A DNA stretch of 63,455 nt, counting the filler, from Sphacelaria rigidula (taxonomy: Eukaryota), in assembly GCA_964200075.2 (NCBI GenBank). It is 7 parts of 7 records of this genome, joined end to end, with 100 filler letters (N's around TTAATTAATTAA, not from the genome) between each part and the next. Parts side by side here need not be neighbours in the genome. Positions count along the whole stretch, not along the records: positions 45,400 to 54,377 come from CAXNAA020009599.1; positions 54,478 to 63,455 come from CAXNAA020009600.1; 5 more parts are not named here. One strand, given 5' to 3'. Numbering within the stretch: the first letter of the stretch is position 1; every line of letters begins with the position of its first letter. Positions 48,178 through 60,361 of the stretch are shown one piece after another. Under the pieces are notes generated by a model. It searched no databases, was not told where the DNA came from, and saw only the letters and a list, made by a program, of their open reading frames with translations. A program made the translations under genes and the position numbers.

Positions 48178-50956
48178 CTAATGAGTTCGATCATTTGGTT
48201 CCTGGGTGTACTCAGCGCCCGTGTACTGTAACGAGACAAACAACAAGCAGCCCAACGCGGAAGCCACGCTGGCCCGAAATATCAATGAAGGCAGATTGAG
48301 TTGGGGTTCATGTCCCAAGTGGTTAGCGCACATGGCTCCAGCAGGTGCGTACATAGGCTTCATGTGAACCTGGAGGAAGACCCGGTGCCTGTTGAGGGTT
48401 GAATTTTAGATAATGAAGTAACGGCTAGTATGAGACACTTCATCATAAAATATGATTGTCTATATCTATCAGAAAAGTGATATTGCCCTCTAGTCGTCGT
48501 GGGAGATGATCGGCCGGGGTTTGACGGCTACTCGGGAAGAGATTTGGCTGCAGGGGGGTGAGAGATCGGGAAGGTCTATGTTCCCCAGGTGGGGACTGGC
48601 AGGGAGTCGCTGGGGTTTCGGATACTGCGGCTGAGTTACGTTTGGTAGAATCACACAAGTTATTCCCGACAGCCTGAATATCATGCTCCTTTCCTTCCTT
48701 GGTATACTCGGCTGGAGTATCGCCGCTTGGAAAAAAATCCATTTAGTCTCAAAACACGCACTGAACCACCTGGTTGCCTACGCGTGCAGTCTTGAGTTTC
48801 GGACCGAGAACGTGGCTATGAAGCGATGTTGGCGAGCTGAGCATGGCCGGCGATGGAGCTCGACCCTTGCTGCACCGTCAGTCGGCTGATGTGACTTGTC
48901 TTCCTCAAGTGACCTCCTTCTTCCGTCCTTCTGCCAGTGAATGGGATAGAAATTTGTCTCTTTTACGCTACTGCTGCTTTCTGTTTTCCAGGTAACGACC
49001 AAGGTGTTGAGCGGGTTTGTTTGCCGACGGACATACCGTTTCAATTGAGCCTTGTTTATGTGACGTGGGGACGGGGAAGGAGTACGATGCGTTTTTTCTT
49101 TTCAGGCTAGAAATCATCTTTGTATTTTACAAAGACTCCGAGTTTCGGCAAGGTAGCCACAACAGCAGAAGGTCGTTATCTATGGTTGAGTGTGGACATA
49201 TCGATTTCGAGCGTGTGATGAAGGTGTCTCTAAGGGTTCTTAATATCGGGTTCCATTTTTTATTATCGGGTTCCATTATTCATACCCGTCATCCATTTCG
49301 ATCCATTTTTATTTATATTTCATTCAAATTTCATCGTGAGATGGGTAAAAGAGAATGAAAATGCATGAAAAATCAAGTCCGTTCATGAGGGCCGTCTGAG
49401 TGTGATCGCGTTGAACTTGCACAAGATGGACAGCGTCTTTCGTGTCCACCGATCGGGTCTCCTCTGCCAATTTTTTTTTCCGTGCCGAGATCAGCGAGAG
49501 ATGTCGATGACACAGCGATTTATAGAGCCGCGGAATGGGTGATGTTGGCTACTCTAGGTTACTGTAAGGTCCCACGGTTATGCGCCGGACAACAATCCAC
49601 GCAGGCGTTTGTAGGCACCAATTGCGGTACGCACAACGGGAGGAGTAAGTACAATGTGTGAGATTCGGTCGAGGATTTGGAATTTGTTGTTGGATACCTG
49701 CATACTTTGTGTTCAAGACGTTGTGCATGAGAGTGCGTGTCACTCCGCGCCAATTTCTCGTTGATCTTGGTCGACGGTATGGAAGTGCTCAGTTGTTCTA
49801 GTCGATCGCGAGGTATGATTTCTGACATTGACTAAAATGTGTGGTATCGTCGCAGCGGATGTCCCTGAATTGGACCATTTTGTAGGAGGTGGATAAAAGT
49901 GTTTATCGTCGGCAACAGTTTGCAAGTGCGGTACAATACTCGTGCAACCCTCTGAGTGTCAGGTATCCGATGAGGGGACGGCCGGCGCCCGGTAGTGTAT
50001 ACTATGCGTTTGTCGGTTGCGCTGTTGTGTAGCAATGCGATTTTCGTCGACTGAATAAACATCAGAGCGTTCTCGAGCGTTTGATGATGAAAAAAGCATT
50101 TCGTGGGATTGTGAGATTGTCTTACCGCACGTACATTAGTCAGCGTGACTGACTGCTGCTTTGGTTCACCTGGGTACAGTGTTGGATCTCAAGTATGGTG
50201 ACAAAACCTAGGAGTTGACGCTTAAGACTGCAAGTGTTATTTTTTGTCGTTTTCTCATGTTGAGTCGTTTTCCACAACTTGGAGACGTGTCCTAAGTTTT
50301 CTTTGTGGCGAGAGCTGTAAGATTGTAAGGTACCATGGGTCGGTGGTGCTTTGCTGAACATTGAATATCATCAGCATTTTGTGTCACCACCTGAGGTGTG
50401 GCAACTTTAGTAAAATTGGATCTTACTTCGCGCCGAGCTACGGTGCGCTCGAGTGAGATGCCGCGACGGGGTTTAGCTGAGGTGTCTCATTATTTGGGGC
50501 GTAAACTTGCCCAGGCCACATTCTGGTTACGTCACGTTTTGATATCTTTGTTGCGCATCGGACGTGACTGGTGAAGAGTTTACTAGTACGACCAGTCTTA
50601 ACCTTCTTCAGTACTGAGTGGTGTAGTGTTCGCAATAGTGCCTGGAGGTACCCGCCCCATCACTGTCCGAGTCAGGGAGCGTGTTCGTTATGGAATCCCA
50701 AAAATTGGAGACGGCCTCTAGGGTAAGGTGTAAGGTACACATGTATCTCGACTAGTGTACTTGGCTACTCGAGGTATGTCGATGACATCGCCGGTGAGGT
50801 TTTGGACAGCAATTTCCCGGGTGATCGGACATCAGGGTGAGGTGACCTTACCCCCTCGCTGCTCCCTCACCTCCGCTAGTTTTGTTTTCATCTCTTGAGC
50901 AGCAAGCACGAGGCCGTCGAGTAAGAAAAGTCTTGAACCCACTTCTACTTAGGCCC

Positions 50957-51310
50957 ATTATTATCGACGCTGAAAATTCGAATGTCACTGAAACGTTCGG
51001 ACTGGCAAGGTACCTCATGACTCTCGAATGCTTGCGAGCACCTCGGCATACACACAGGGCAGATCTCCGAGGTACTTGCGGAGTGGCAGTCCGATTTTTT
51101 TTCACTTCTCGAAAAATAAAGCTTCGGAGAAAAAATAAAGCTGCATCCTTTTCGGAAAAGTCAGAACGCAGAGTCCGAAACGTCGGACTTATCGACAAAT
51201 AAAGCTTCGGAGAAAAGATCAAGCCGCTTCCTCTCCGGAAGAGTCTGAACGCAGAGTCCGAAAAGTCTGGAAAACTCTGATATCTCCGAAAAAACAGCGT
51301 CGACAATAAT
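50957..51310. mobile_element. Small TIR element with an internal tandem duplication
   Basis: ATTATTATCGACGCTG / CAGCGTCGACAATAAT; aaataaagcttcggagaaaa...gaacgcagagtccgaaa occurs twice. Confidence 0.65.
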
Positions 51311-51683
51311 GCGGCTTATTGCGGCTTGTTCACTGAGGTACTGAGCGATTCTGTCAGAGTCCAGATTATATCCACCGAGGTTGCATCTAATAACAATCAC
51401 ACTGTACAAGGTGGCGATTGTCGCTCTTTGTCGGCCACGTCGCGCCCAGTCTACCACGAGCCCTGGGCATCATACATATACCGCACTACCTCACTGCCCT
51501 GGGTGGCTACGGTGTCAAAGCATGTCAGCTTACGCAGAAGAAAAATTAAAATGAAGAAAGACGCGATAATTCGCAAAATGGCGCTCTTAATCATGGGCAA
51601 GTCAGTGGAGGAACAAGTAACAAACCACGGCTGGACACCCAGAAATAGGCCCACAGGACGAAAAGGAGCAGGCGGCCTCTCAC

Positions 51684-54226
51684 CACTGAATAAGAGCTAA
51701 GCTTTCGTCTCCGTCCTCAAACGCATCCGCCTCCTCTCCCCCCTTCGTCTCTCCCCTGTTCCTAGGTGCCCCTCCGCTAGTCGCCGCTCTTTGAAACAGT
51801 CCTCGCCTGCTTTGGCGCATCCTCAGTAGCCGACGTTCGACCGGCCCCTTTGCTCGTGCCAATTGTCCCAGCTGTCGCACCCGCACAGGGTCAGAATCGT
51901 TTGCCCCATACCGCCCTTCGCTTCTGTGTCTGATTGTGGCGGAAACAGGCTCGAGTCACGCAAACGACTTCTACTGTGGCACTTGGGCATTTCGTATCCT
52001 ACACACGGTGGCCAAAGAATTTCCAAATTGTTACTGGTCCGTTCAAGGGTTGACTTATGCCGCGTCCCGGTGGTGTAATGGTCCAACTGTCGCCATTAGG
52101 AGGGAGAGAACGAGGGTTCGATTCCCGATGTGTTGGATTTTTTCTTCGCAATGTCTGGTCTCCACCGTGGAAAACATGAACACGTGAGTAAACAAAACCG
52201 TCGACTGAGTTTGTTTGACGTGAGAGTTGACGCGGTGCGGGAGTGCTGACCCGATTCGCGAGACCAAAATACAAGGCGTGTACCTGGGGAGAGATGGGTT
52301 AATCTTTTGAGACAACGAACTCGTCCCGAGGAGGGGGGGGGGGGGTTCAAAGTGCGACAGATAAACAAAATAATAAAAGTTATAAACTCATGACTATCAG
52401 ATGCGTTTCCACCTTTTTCCTTCTTACGGAAGAACACCCGAAGACATGTGGTGGTCACCCCGTATCGCTGTCGTATGTTTCTATGTGGTCCTCGTGATTT
52501 TCGACTCCGGTCACGTTAGACTACAGGTGTTGGTATACCCATCGCTCGTTCCGACATTTACTCCCAGAGAGGACGCTCGACAATGTCAAAACGAGGGCAA
52601 GAAAATCACGCTAGCGTCGGTGTGCACGGGGATACGTGCGACTGGCATCTTCTCGTCTGTATCGCATCTGCCTAGCTGTTGTTGAACCAATTTATCGAAC
52701 CGGCTCTTATTCAGTGAGAGACGCGTTCGTCCCAGAAAGTCTCATTTTGTCGATCTAAGGCGGGGTGGGATTTTACCTCGCTGGAGCGTTGTCCATCACT
52801 CCAACACCAAGCTGCATCACTGCCTGGACAAAATCGGATCTAAGAATAGATCCGGATTGCTCTGGATCGTATCGACGGAAAACGCTCTCCACATCCACGC
52901 CTTGTCTACTCTGCACAGACGGACAGCGCGCACGTAATAACGAGTTAAGTGTTACAGTTGGTCGACCTCGCGGGACCACAATAATTCGCACATGGATGCG
53001 ACGGCAGGTGTGGTAGATTACTGCTCCGTGAGACCACAGCTCAACGGTATTATCTTTCACTTTCCAAATGCAACGAAGGTCAGGGCTTAATTTGAGCAGA
53101 TGAGGTTCAACTCTCGGCGGTGTACAGAGCTTGTTCCTCCGCTATTCGTCTTGCTCCAGGACGTGCCATGACCGCCCCTACTAATGCTACTAGGGGCCGG
53201 CGGAGACTGGGGGCTTCGTTGCCACTACACTGCGACTCTATACTCTGCGTTCAATGAAAACATGAAAATCGGTCTCGAATCGATGGAGAAGGGAGCAAGT
53301 GTAGGATTCAAGCACAGCAAGGTTAAGCCCAAGCTCGACTGACTACCATGGCACCTGTTTGGCGACGATTCTCCGCAGTCGCTTCTCCGCTGCTTTAGTG
53401 TCAGGATCTAAGGAGAACTCGTACGATTCCTCCGCTTCCTCGTGCCCTCCACCACCGTGTTCATGTTCGTCGAGGATGTCTCTTTCTGCCGTGCATTGAA
53501 TTTACAAGCCACAGAAAAGCAGGGAAAACAGTGGAGGTGAAGACGATGATGATAACGCGGAGACATCGCAAAAGTTGTTCAACTCCTACGTAGCTGGAAA
53601 AAAATGAACACAACGGACATCTGAGCAATCGAATCCGCGGGCGGTCCCTGGTGCTGTTCCCCTTCATGTTCCGGGATCCGCGCAAAATAGGCTACTCTCA
53701 TTTTTGAATCCTGAATTGCCTACGCGTGCACATTACACCCAGTGAAATCTCGTCTATGAAACTGCAGCCTTGTCTTGACAAGTCTGTAACTTCTCGAGAT
53801 CGCCTTCTTAGACACATTTCAGACCATTCCACATGAGTGCAGCCTCTTCCTGATGTGGCCCATTGCTCCGCTTCATACCAATTTTGGAAAATTTTAATCC
53901 GCTTGAAACATGTATTCCGCTTTCAATCGGCGGAAACATATATATACTTGGAGGGATAAACGAGGAGGAATTTGGGGAAAATTCAACATCAGCTGATAGG
54001 GGGGCACAATGATGCTCTATATGGAATACTTACTTGCCGCTGGCGTCGGCCTCTGCCGCATGAGCCTGATGAACGACACCAAGTCCACTCCGCCACTGGA
54101 GGGACCATTGCTCTCGTTTCCAGTACGTTCAGCTTTTTCCTCCCCTTGTGAGTGCAACTGTCCTCCCCGAGGACGGCTGTCTGCGTCGAGAGCGTCGAGA
54201 GCGTCGAGTACGTCGTCGCGGGTCGC
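51684..54226 (-). CDS. EF-hand-containing protein, four internal exons (54226-54034, 53485-53355, 52910-52777, 51929-51684); possibly nephrocystin-4-like
   Basis: All four exons have cag acceptors and gt donors, with compatible phases (1, 0, 2) and one open frame. EF-hand VFRRYDPEQSGSILRSDFVQAV; ends ERRLLRMRQSR...SLALIQW. Confidence 0.8.
52064..52352 (+). mobile_element. tRNA-derived SINE family 1 (tRNA-Pro-like head); copies at 43539-43735 (+), 27241-27332 (-), 17935-18060 (-), 54300-54377 (-), 640-725 (-), 20225-20400 (-)
   Basis: ccggtggtgtaatggtcc (A box) ... ggttcgat(t/c)c (B box). The 43571 copy has ttagggtggagag, resembling the tRNA-Pro(AGG) anticodon arm. Shared 3' body gagagatgggt...gtcccgagga.gggg. 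Confidence 0.75.
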
Positions 54227-56552
54227 CTGTGCAAGCGATGGGTTCGAAAATGAAGGTGAGGGTATGAGTGAGCGACACGAATCGATCGATCTGCACGTCT
54301 TTTTTTTTCCCGCACACTTTGAACTCCTCCCCTTCCTCGGGATGAGCCCGTGGTCTCAAGGGATCAACCCATCTCTCNNNNNNNNNNNNNNNNNNNNNNN
54401 NNNNNNNNNNNNNNNNNNNNNTTAATTAATTAANNNNNNNNNNNNNNNNNNNNNNNNNNNNNNNNNNNNNNNNNNNNCAGGTTCGCACTCAATCACCAAG
54501 CGCAAAGCGCCGTGGTGTGTTCGGCGAGTCGCATGAAGGGTGAGCTGCATCCTGATCGTACGATCGTTCGGCCCAAACCGTCTCGATCATCTTGCAATTG
54601 GATGACAGCCTACGATTAGTTGCTTCATTCCCTGGTATCGCCACTTCTAGAAACAGCCACGGCTAATCCACTGCCTCATGGGTGTCTCCGGAGGGAGGGG
54701 GGTGGGGGGGGGCTTCGTGTCCAAAAATCTTCTCCCCGCAGCCCCCTGGGTCTATGTGATGATCGAACGATGAAATAGCTTACTCGTGCTTAGTAGCCGT
54801 CCGCGTCACCACAGGCAGAAACATGACGGTCGCGGTTCACGCTTTGCCAGAAGACATAGCGTACACCCGTCTGGCCAGTCTGTCGGATACGCTATGCAAG
54901 ACAGCCAGATCCAATCGCCGCAATGTCTGGGGAGTTGGTTGTCGGGAAAAAACAATGATGATCTCTCGTATGTATGATATGGCCTACTTGCCCAGGATAT
55001 TTTTGTTGAAGTAGGATGGACTGATGCGGCAAAACATATGCCGTGATGTCTGTACTCGAATACGCACGACATTGCGGTGACTCTTGTAGCATTTCATTTC
55101 TTGGACATTATGGTACAAAGATGATCACACTTTTACTACTGTTGTACGGTAACTTTCACTCGCTGTTATTTTTTCGAAACATGTTGTAAACTTCACATTT
55201 ACAAGGTCTTTGAACGAGAACGGTTGGTGACTGTGAGACATCATCCGTCATTTCCGGCATCCCCAAATTCTTGAGGCAAAGTTGAATAACGTGCGTACAG
55301 CACGAACCGGGCTGCAAAACAGACGCCACAGGATATAATAGCCTGGTCTACCATGGTCACACAACGTCAAATCAGGATTACAACGCGTGTGTTCGAAACT
55401 CGATTAATGCCGTGCGCATTTTGTACCACTCGCCTTCAACGTGAAGTTGGGACATATGCATGAACGCGTAAAACACCTCAACACAGTGATCGCGAAAAAC
55501 CCCGAATATCCATGTCATAGTCAAAAGGTTTTTTTCGCGAGACAGTGCCGGAGAAACGTCTCAGCCCACGGAAAAGGAACGCGCGTTTGCCATGCCAGGT
55601 GCGGTGCATAATCGAGAGGAAGCGCAGAGACGAAGTAAGTGGAAGCAGCCACAAAAACAGGCACGAGAAAGTTCACTCACGTCAGGTCACTCGGAGAAAC
55701 ACTTTTGGCTGTTGGGTGAGTTAACAACAGCGACGGTGCAGTTGGTTTGAAGTTACCAAAACAGATCGGTGTGGAAACCCAAGACACATCCGAGGGAAGG
55801 GTGTATCAAAATAAACCGTCGGGAGTTCCTGATGATTCGCTGAAATACATAAATATATCCTGACTCCGAATATCAGTTGGTCATAGCCATCTATGTAGGT
55901 CACGAAGGCGGACACAGCAGCCCTAAGACATTTGCTTTCTAAGTGAGTGATCCTGAAGTATTATAGTATGTTATGTTATCTGGCCTCGCAGAAAGTTGCA
56001 CCGACATTCTTCGTGACCGCCTCAATCGATGCAAGAACCCTAAGCAAGATCACAGAACACAACAGACAGTGCAATAGAATCCCCGCCCTCCAAAGTATCA
56101 CGGTCAACAATCACCACTCAATTATACCGCGCCGGTGGAACCTCCGACCGCAGCAGTGACGAATGCAATGAGGAAATCAGACGGGGGAAAGAAGGTGATG
56201 GTGCGTGAGCTACGATATGATGTCAGGAAAGCGAATATACGCCGTGTGCTTCTTCCGTGTGCCTATTATACATCGCGAAAAAAAGGGGCAGTGTGCGACA
56301 AGTACTTATTTTTTATACTTATTTTTTAGACCCATTTTTACGGCAACGAATCTCGATTTGTACAAATATGAGAATTTCAGTGAAAAAATCGGGGGAGATG
56401 CGGGAGTGTCCCAATTTCAGCAGAAAGGTGGTGGAGCAAAAGTCCACGTCCAGAGAATCGGAGAATTGATCTGGTTTGCTCAGAGCTAATTTAGGCGAAA
56501 AGCATTGCCCAAAATGGGTCTTATTCTCAATTTCATTTCTTGATTGACTCAA

Positions 56553-56772
56553 CCCTTAGACCGCGAGGTTAGTCCTCTGTTGAATCAGCATCAATTTCAA
56601 GTGAAAAAAAGTATGCGTGATCCAGAAAGACTAGTCTCGCGGTCTAAGGGTTAAACAATAAGATGTACTTTAACCCTTGGACCGCGATGGTAGTCTTCTG
56701 TTGAATCGGCATCAATTTCAAGTGAAAAAAAAGTATGCATGGTCCTGAAAGACTAATCTCGCGGTCTGAGGG
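56553..56772. mobile_element. Two adjacent ~100-bp piggyBac-type MITEs (56553-56650, 56674-56772); related copies at ~62500-62690
   Basis: T(C/T)AA|CCCTT(A/G)GACCGCGA...TCGCGGTCT(A/G)AGGG|TTAA. Confidence 0.85.
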
Positions 56773-57698
56773 TTAAGTGCATCTTCCCGTGTATTGAACT
56801 TGTTGTATCCATTCATGTATCAGCTGTGCTTCAACGTACTAGACGGTTTCTAATCAATATTTTCTTGCGTTGAAAATCAGTTCGGACACACTTATGCTCA
56901 TGACACCGTGGAACTCTGGCCTACTCGACACATGCACTACATCCGGCTTCGAGATCGCGAATGTTACCCGACCAAAATGGGATAAAGAGCGTGCTCACGC
57001 GGCACGACGTAAGTTCGTCACTGGCAGCGCATACACCACAGAGACATGTTGACATGTTTACCGTCCAGTGGCAAAGGTGTCAAATATAGTGAGAACAACC
57101 CGCATCAGATGTACAGCTCCAATTTGGTGTTCCCTTGCGGAAGCGTTTGGGCGCCCTGTGTGTGGGGTGGGGTGTCACGAGGTCATTCGACTTCGTAATT
57201 TTGTTCTCGCTACAAAGAGAGCTCGCTGTTTTCGTGTCTGCTTAAAATTGCAAGTGTCCTTTGCTCTGCACACGTCAAGATCAAAACCGGAAACCCCAAC
57301 CGCATTCGACCGGCACCAATGAGAAGACACCGCACGTGACAAACATCGTAAACCGTTGCCCATGTCGATGTGCACGTCGCATGGGCGCATATTCGCATTC
57401 ATCTTGCATGCTTCTGTGCAGCGAAGACTCTGGACAGTCTGCGCGAACGACATACCTAAAACTTCGGCAGTTCGTTTTGTTCGCTAAGCACTCCCATGAT
57501 GACGGACCACGAGGTGTCTCAGGTCACTCGTTTTGACGGGCGAAGCGTCATGGCGCGTGGGCTCCGATACATAGCTACAGATGCAAATCAGACAGCTAAT
57601 TTAGCCGTTATAATTCACCTCTAATCTTGAATCAAGTAAATAATATGATCTAACTTGCAACGTTTGGGAAAAATGGAGTTGGCAGGCACCATAAGCAC

Positions 57699-57701
<3 letters not shown>

Positions 57702-57730
<29 letters not shown>
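57702..57730. repeat. (GT)n microsatellite (SINE tail); others are (AATC)n 38935-38985, (GTT)n 61058-61082, (TAAT)n 62224-62246
   Basis: Directly visible in the sequence. Confidence 0.95.
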
Positions 57731-58422
57731 CGTCCTCCCATGTATTCTGGAGCCAGTCTATATATCTCCGTTCAAGTGGGCGCATCGGTCGCGGTCACCC
57801 AGGATGAAGGTCAAACTCTTTGTTATTTTCTTCGTATTGTTCCGAGTACTTTACCCTCCTGCGATGCTTGCCTTGCTTTCTATCGCGAGGGTACAGCGGT
57901 CCCTTTTCCTCGTTGACCGTGCACTCGGTTTTTGCGTACCCACGTCATGGTCGCTATCGATTGTTGGGCATGATGTGAGACAAAATCGCAGATCGTGCGA
58001 CTTCACTTAGATTCCAACACGCGTCCCAACCGCCAGAAGGCTTCGAGGATATCAACTGAGCCACAGCTCTCAAAAGAGCGGGTACAAGATGGAATATGAA
58101 TATTTCGCAAAAATAGATCCAGCGAGCTCACCAGCAAACTTCCGTCATCATACACATGAATGAAATGCCCAGCGAGCAGGTGGGTAAGACAACTGGAGTA
58201 CCCTGTTACTCCACATCACGTTACCACGGCCGACCGGAAATAGGATCCAAATTACCCAAATCCCGTGCATACGATGACACCATATATGCGACGATTAGCA
58301 TCTTATCCAACCGTTTGTGGAAATTTCACCCAGCTGCCGCGCCTGCCCGCCCCTGCCCGACGTACCAATTTTATGGAGACTAGTCATTGTGTGCAACGTT
58401 GTCATGAATGATAAGAACAGAC

Positions 58423-60361
58423 CTTCATCATTTGACCGCTTTCGAATTCGCCCAGATCTCCGCCGGACCTGGCGCTGCCGCAGTCCGAGTACTCCGCGGC
58501 GATGTCCGCAAAATCCTCCTGCGTGTCGATCTTGCTCTTCAGATCGAGCAAAATGGAGACTGCCTGGGGCTGTCGAGGGAGGAGGGGGAAGTCATCGACA
58601 GCACCGAGGACACCCATCAAATAACAGGGAAAAAAATATTGTCATCATACTGGAGCGCCGTGTCCATGGTGGATTCATTGGTGGCGGTTATTTCGCATGG
58701 AGATTTGTTGTGTATCAAACAGGGCACCCGACGACGGGCGCTAGCTACCCTAGCGGATGTGTTGAACCGTTGGGTTTTACCCGATAATGATGTACATGAG
58801 GATCTTCGTGCAGGGCGTGGTGCCGAGTGCCAAGAAGAAACGAGAAGATCATTTTTACATCATGGGTTCAATCAGTAACGGAGACCACTGCTACACTCAT
58901 ATGCATAAAACCATGAACCAAAAACTCTCTCCGCAACCACAGGTCTGCCACTACACACAGGCAACGTTATTTGGTAGGCGGGGGAGGGGGGGTTGTACAG
59001 ACTAGTGCAGTGCAGTCAAGACAACAGTGGTGGAGAACCTGCGAACCAAGTGTGCAAGAGATGTCAGGCGAGTACTTCGGTCCGATATATTAAAAACGTC
59101 TTTTTACTATTTTCCATCACGAATCGATCGATTGCCTCGATTGTCAACAAGGCTTCATCTACACACGATGAGGGAATATGTGGTCCATATCCGGACACAT
59201 GAGGACGGGCTCTTGTCTATACCAGATGAACCGGGCCAGTGCACTGTAGGTAAAAAGCATCGGCCGAGAGGGTAAGATTTGTGCGCGCCCCTGATCGGCG
59301 ACACATGATGAACGCCCATGATACGTAGAGAGCTGTGTCGCATGATCTCGCGACGACAACGAAGATGCAGGCAATAAGCCCTGGTAAGGTGACGAAACTC
59401 GCACATGCAGGATCTCTGTCCTTTAGGCTTCGTCTTCAAACGAGCGCGGTTCTCCCCGATGTGGAGCACAACTCAGCCTTGTGGAAGGGTGTACAGGTCT
59501 CTAAAGCCTGGTGGAGTTTTCTGCCTGTAGTGGACCGAAATTTAGGCAATGCGTGTGATAAATGCAGGGGGGCATCTTCCGAAGAAGATTCATTTTTGGG
59601 GGTTTATTGGGTGAATAATCAATCCTAAGAGTGTAGCTTGTTGCTCTGTCACTACAAGTGGTCACATGACACGAACTTGGAGTATCATCATGGATCCAGA
59701 AACACATACACCACCGCTGCCATCTACATCATAGCATCACAATCCAATGCTCGGCGGTGTGCAGCACATCACGAAAAACATGTTAGGACTACTTCGGCTG
59801 GCGTCTTCCGGAACAGCGGCTGGCGGGCAATCTAGCATCAATAATGAAAACATGACTACAGCTGTACGACATGAAATTCTCTCCGCCCGTCTGTCGTCAG
59901 CTGTCGGTTTTGAACGCCGCTTCGTACCCCCAGACATACAGTGACGCATAGCATAAACGTGTGCCGCCTTGACCTGAACTGGATGTAGGAGGGGAATAGT
60001 GCGTTCGTTTCATGTGTGCCCACTGCGATACTGTAAGCCGAAAAGCTGAATAGAAGGGCAACCTCTGAAGCTCATGGTGCTCACACTCATCACGCGACAA
60101 AACACCAAACTACCTGACGGTCTGTTTCCTGCTCGTGTTGCCAACGTCAAAGTCCCATTGAAATCCATACGGTAGATACAGGATCCATGCACCAGCTGGC
60201 ATCGACAAAACCAAGACACATATATACCATAACACATGCACACGCAGTTCCTGTCCTTCGCGTACCTTGGTGCGTTGCTTGATATCCATACCGTCGACGT
60301 CCTTCCACGAGGCCGTGCGGCGGGAGCCCTGATGCTTGACCAAAATATGGGATGCTCGCAT
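58423..60361 (-). CDS. PIN1: Pin1-type parvulin peptidyl-prolyl isomerase, exons 60361-60266 and 58569-58423; final exon not found on the contig
   Basis: MRASHILVKHQGSRRTASWKD...QRTK|PQAVSILL...DFADIAAEYSDCGSARSGGDLGEFESGQMMK. Canonical phase-0 splice sites; Pin1 KH.GSRR phosphate-binding loop and SDC.SA..GGDLG motif. Confidence 0.93.

Noticed and set aside
8981-54477. ~9.08-kb periodic TTAATTAATTAA motif as a biological repeat
   Set aside because: It is always embedded in a fixed N spacer and is a six-frame-stop concatenation linker.
54478-58400. Third Pin1 exon (PFEDA...SGVHII)
   Set aside because: I found no matching minus-strand sequence by eye; it is probably beyond the contig end.
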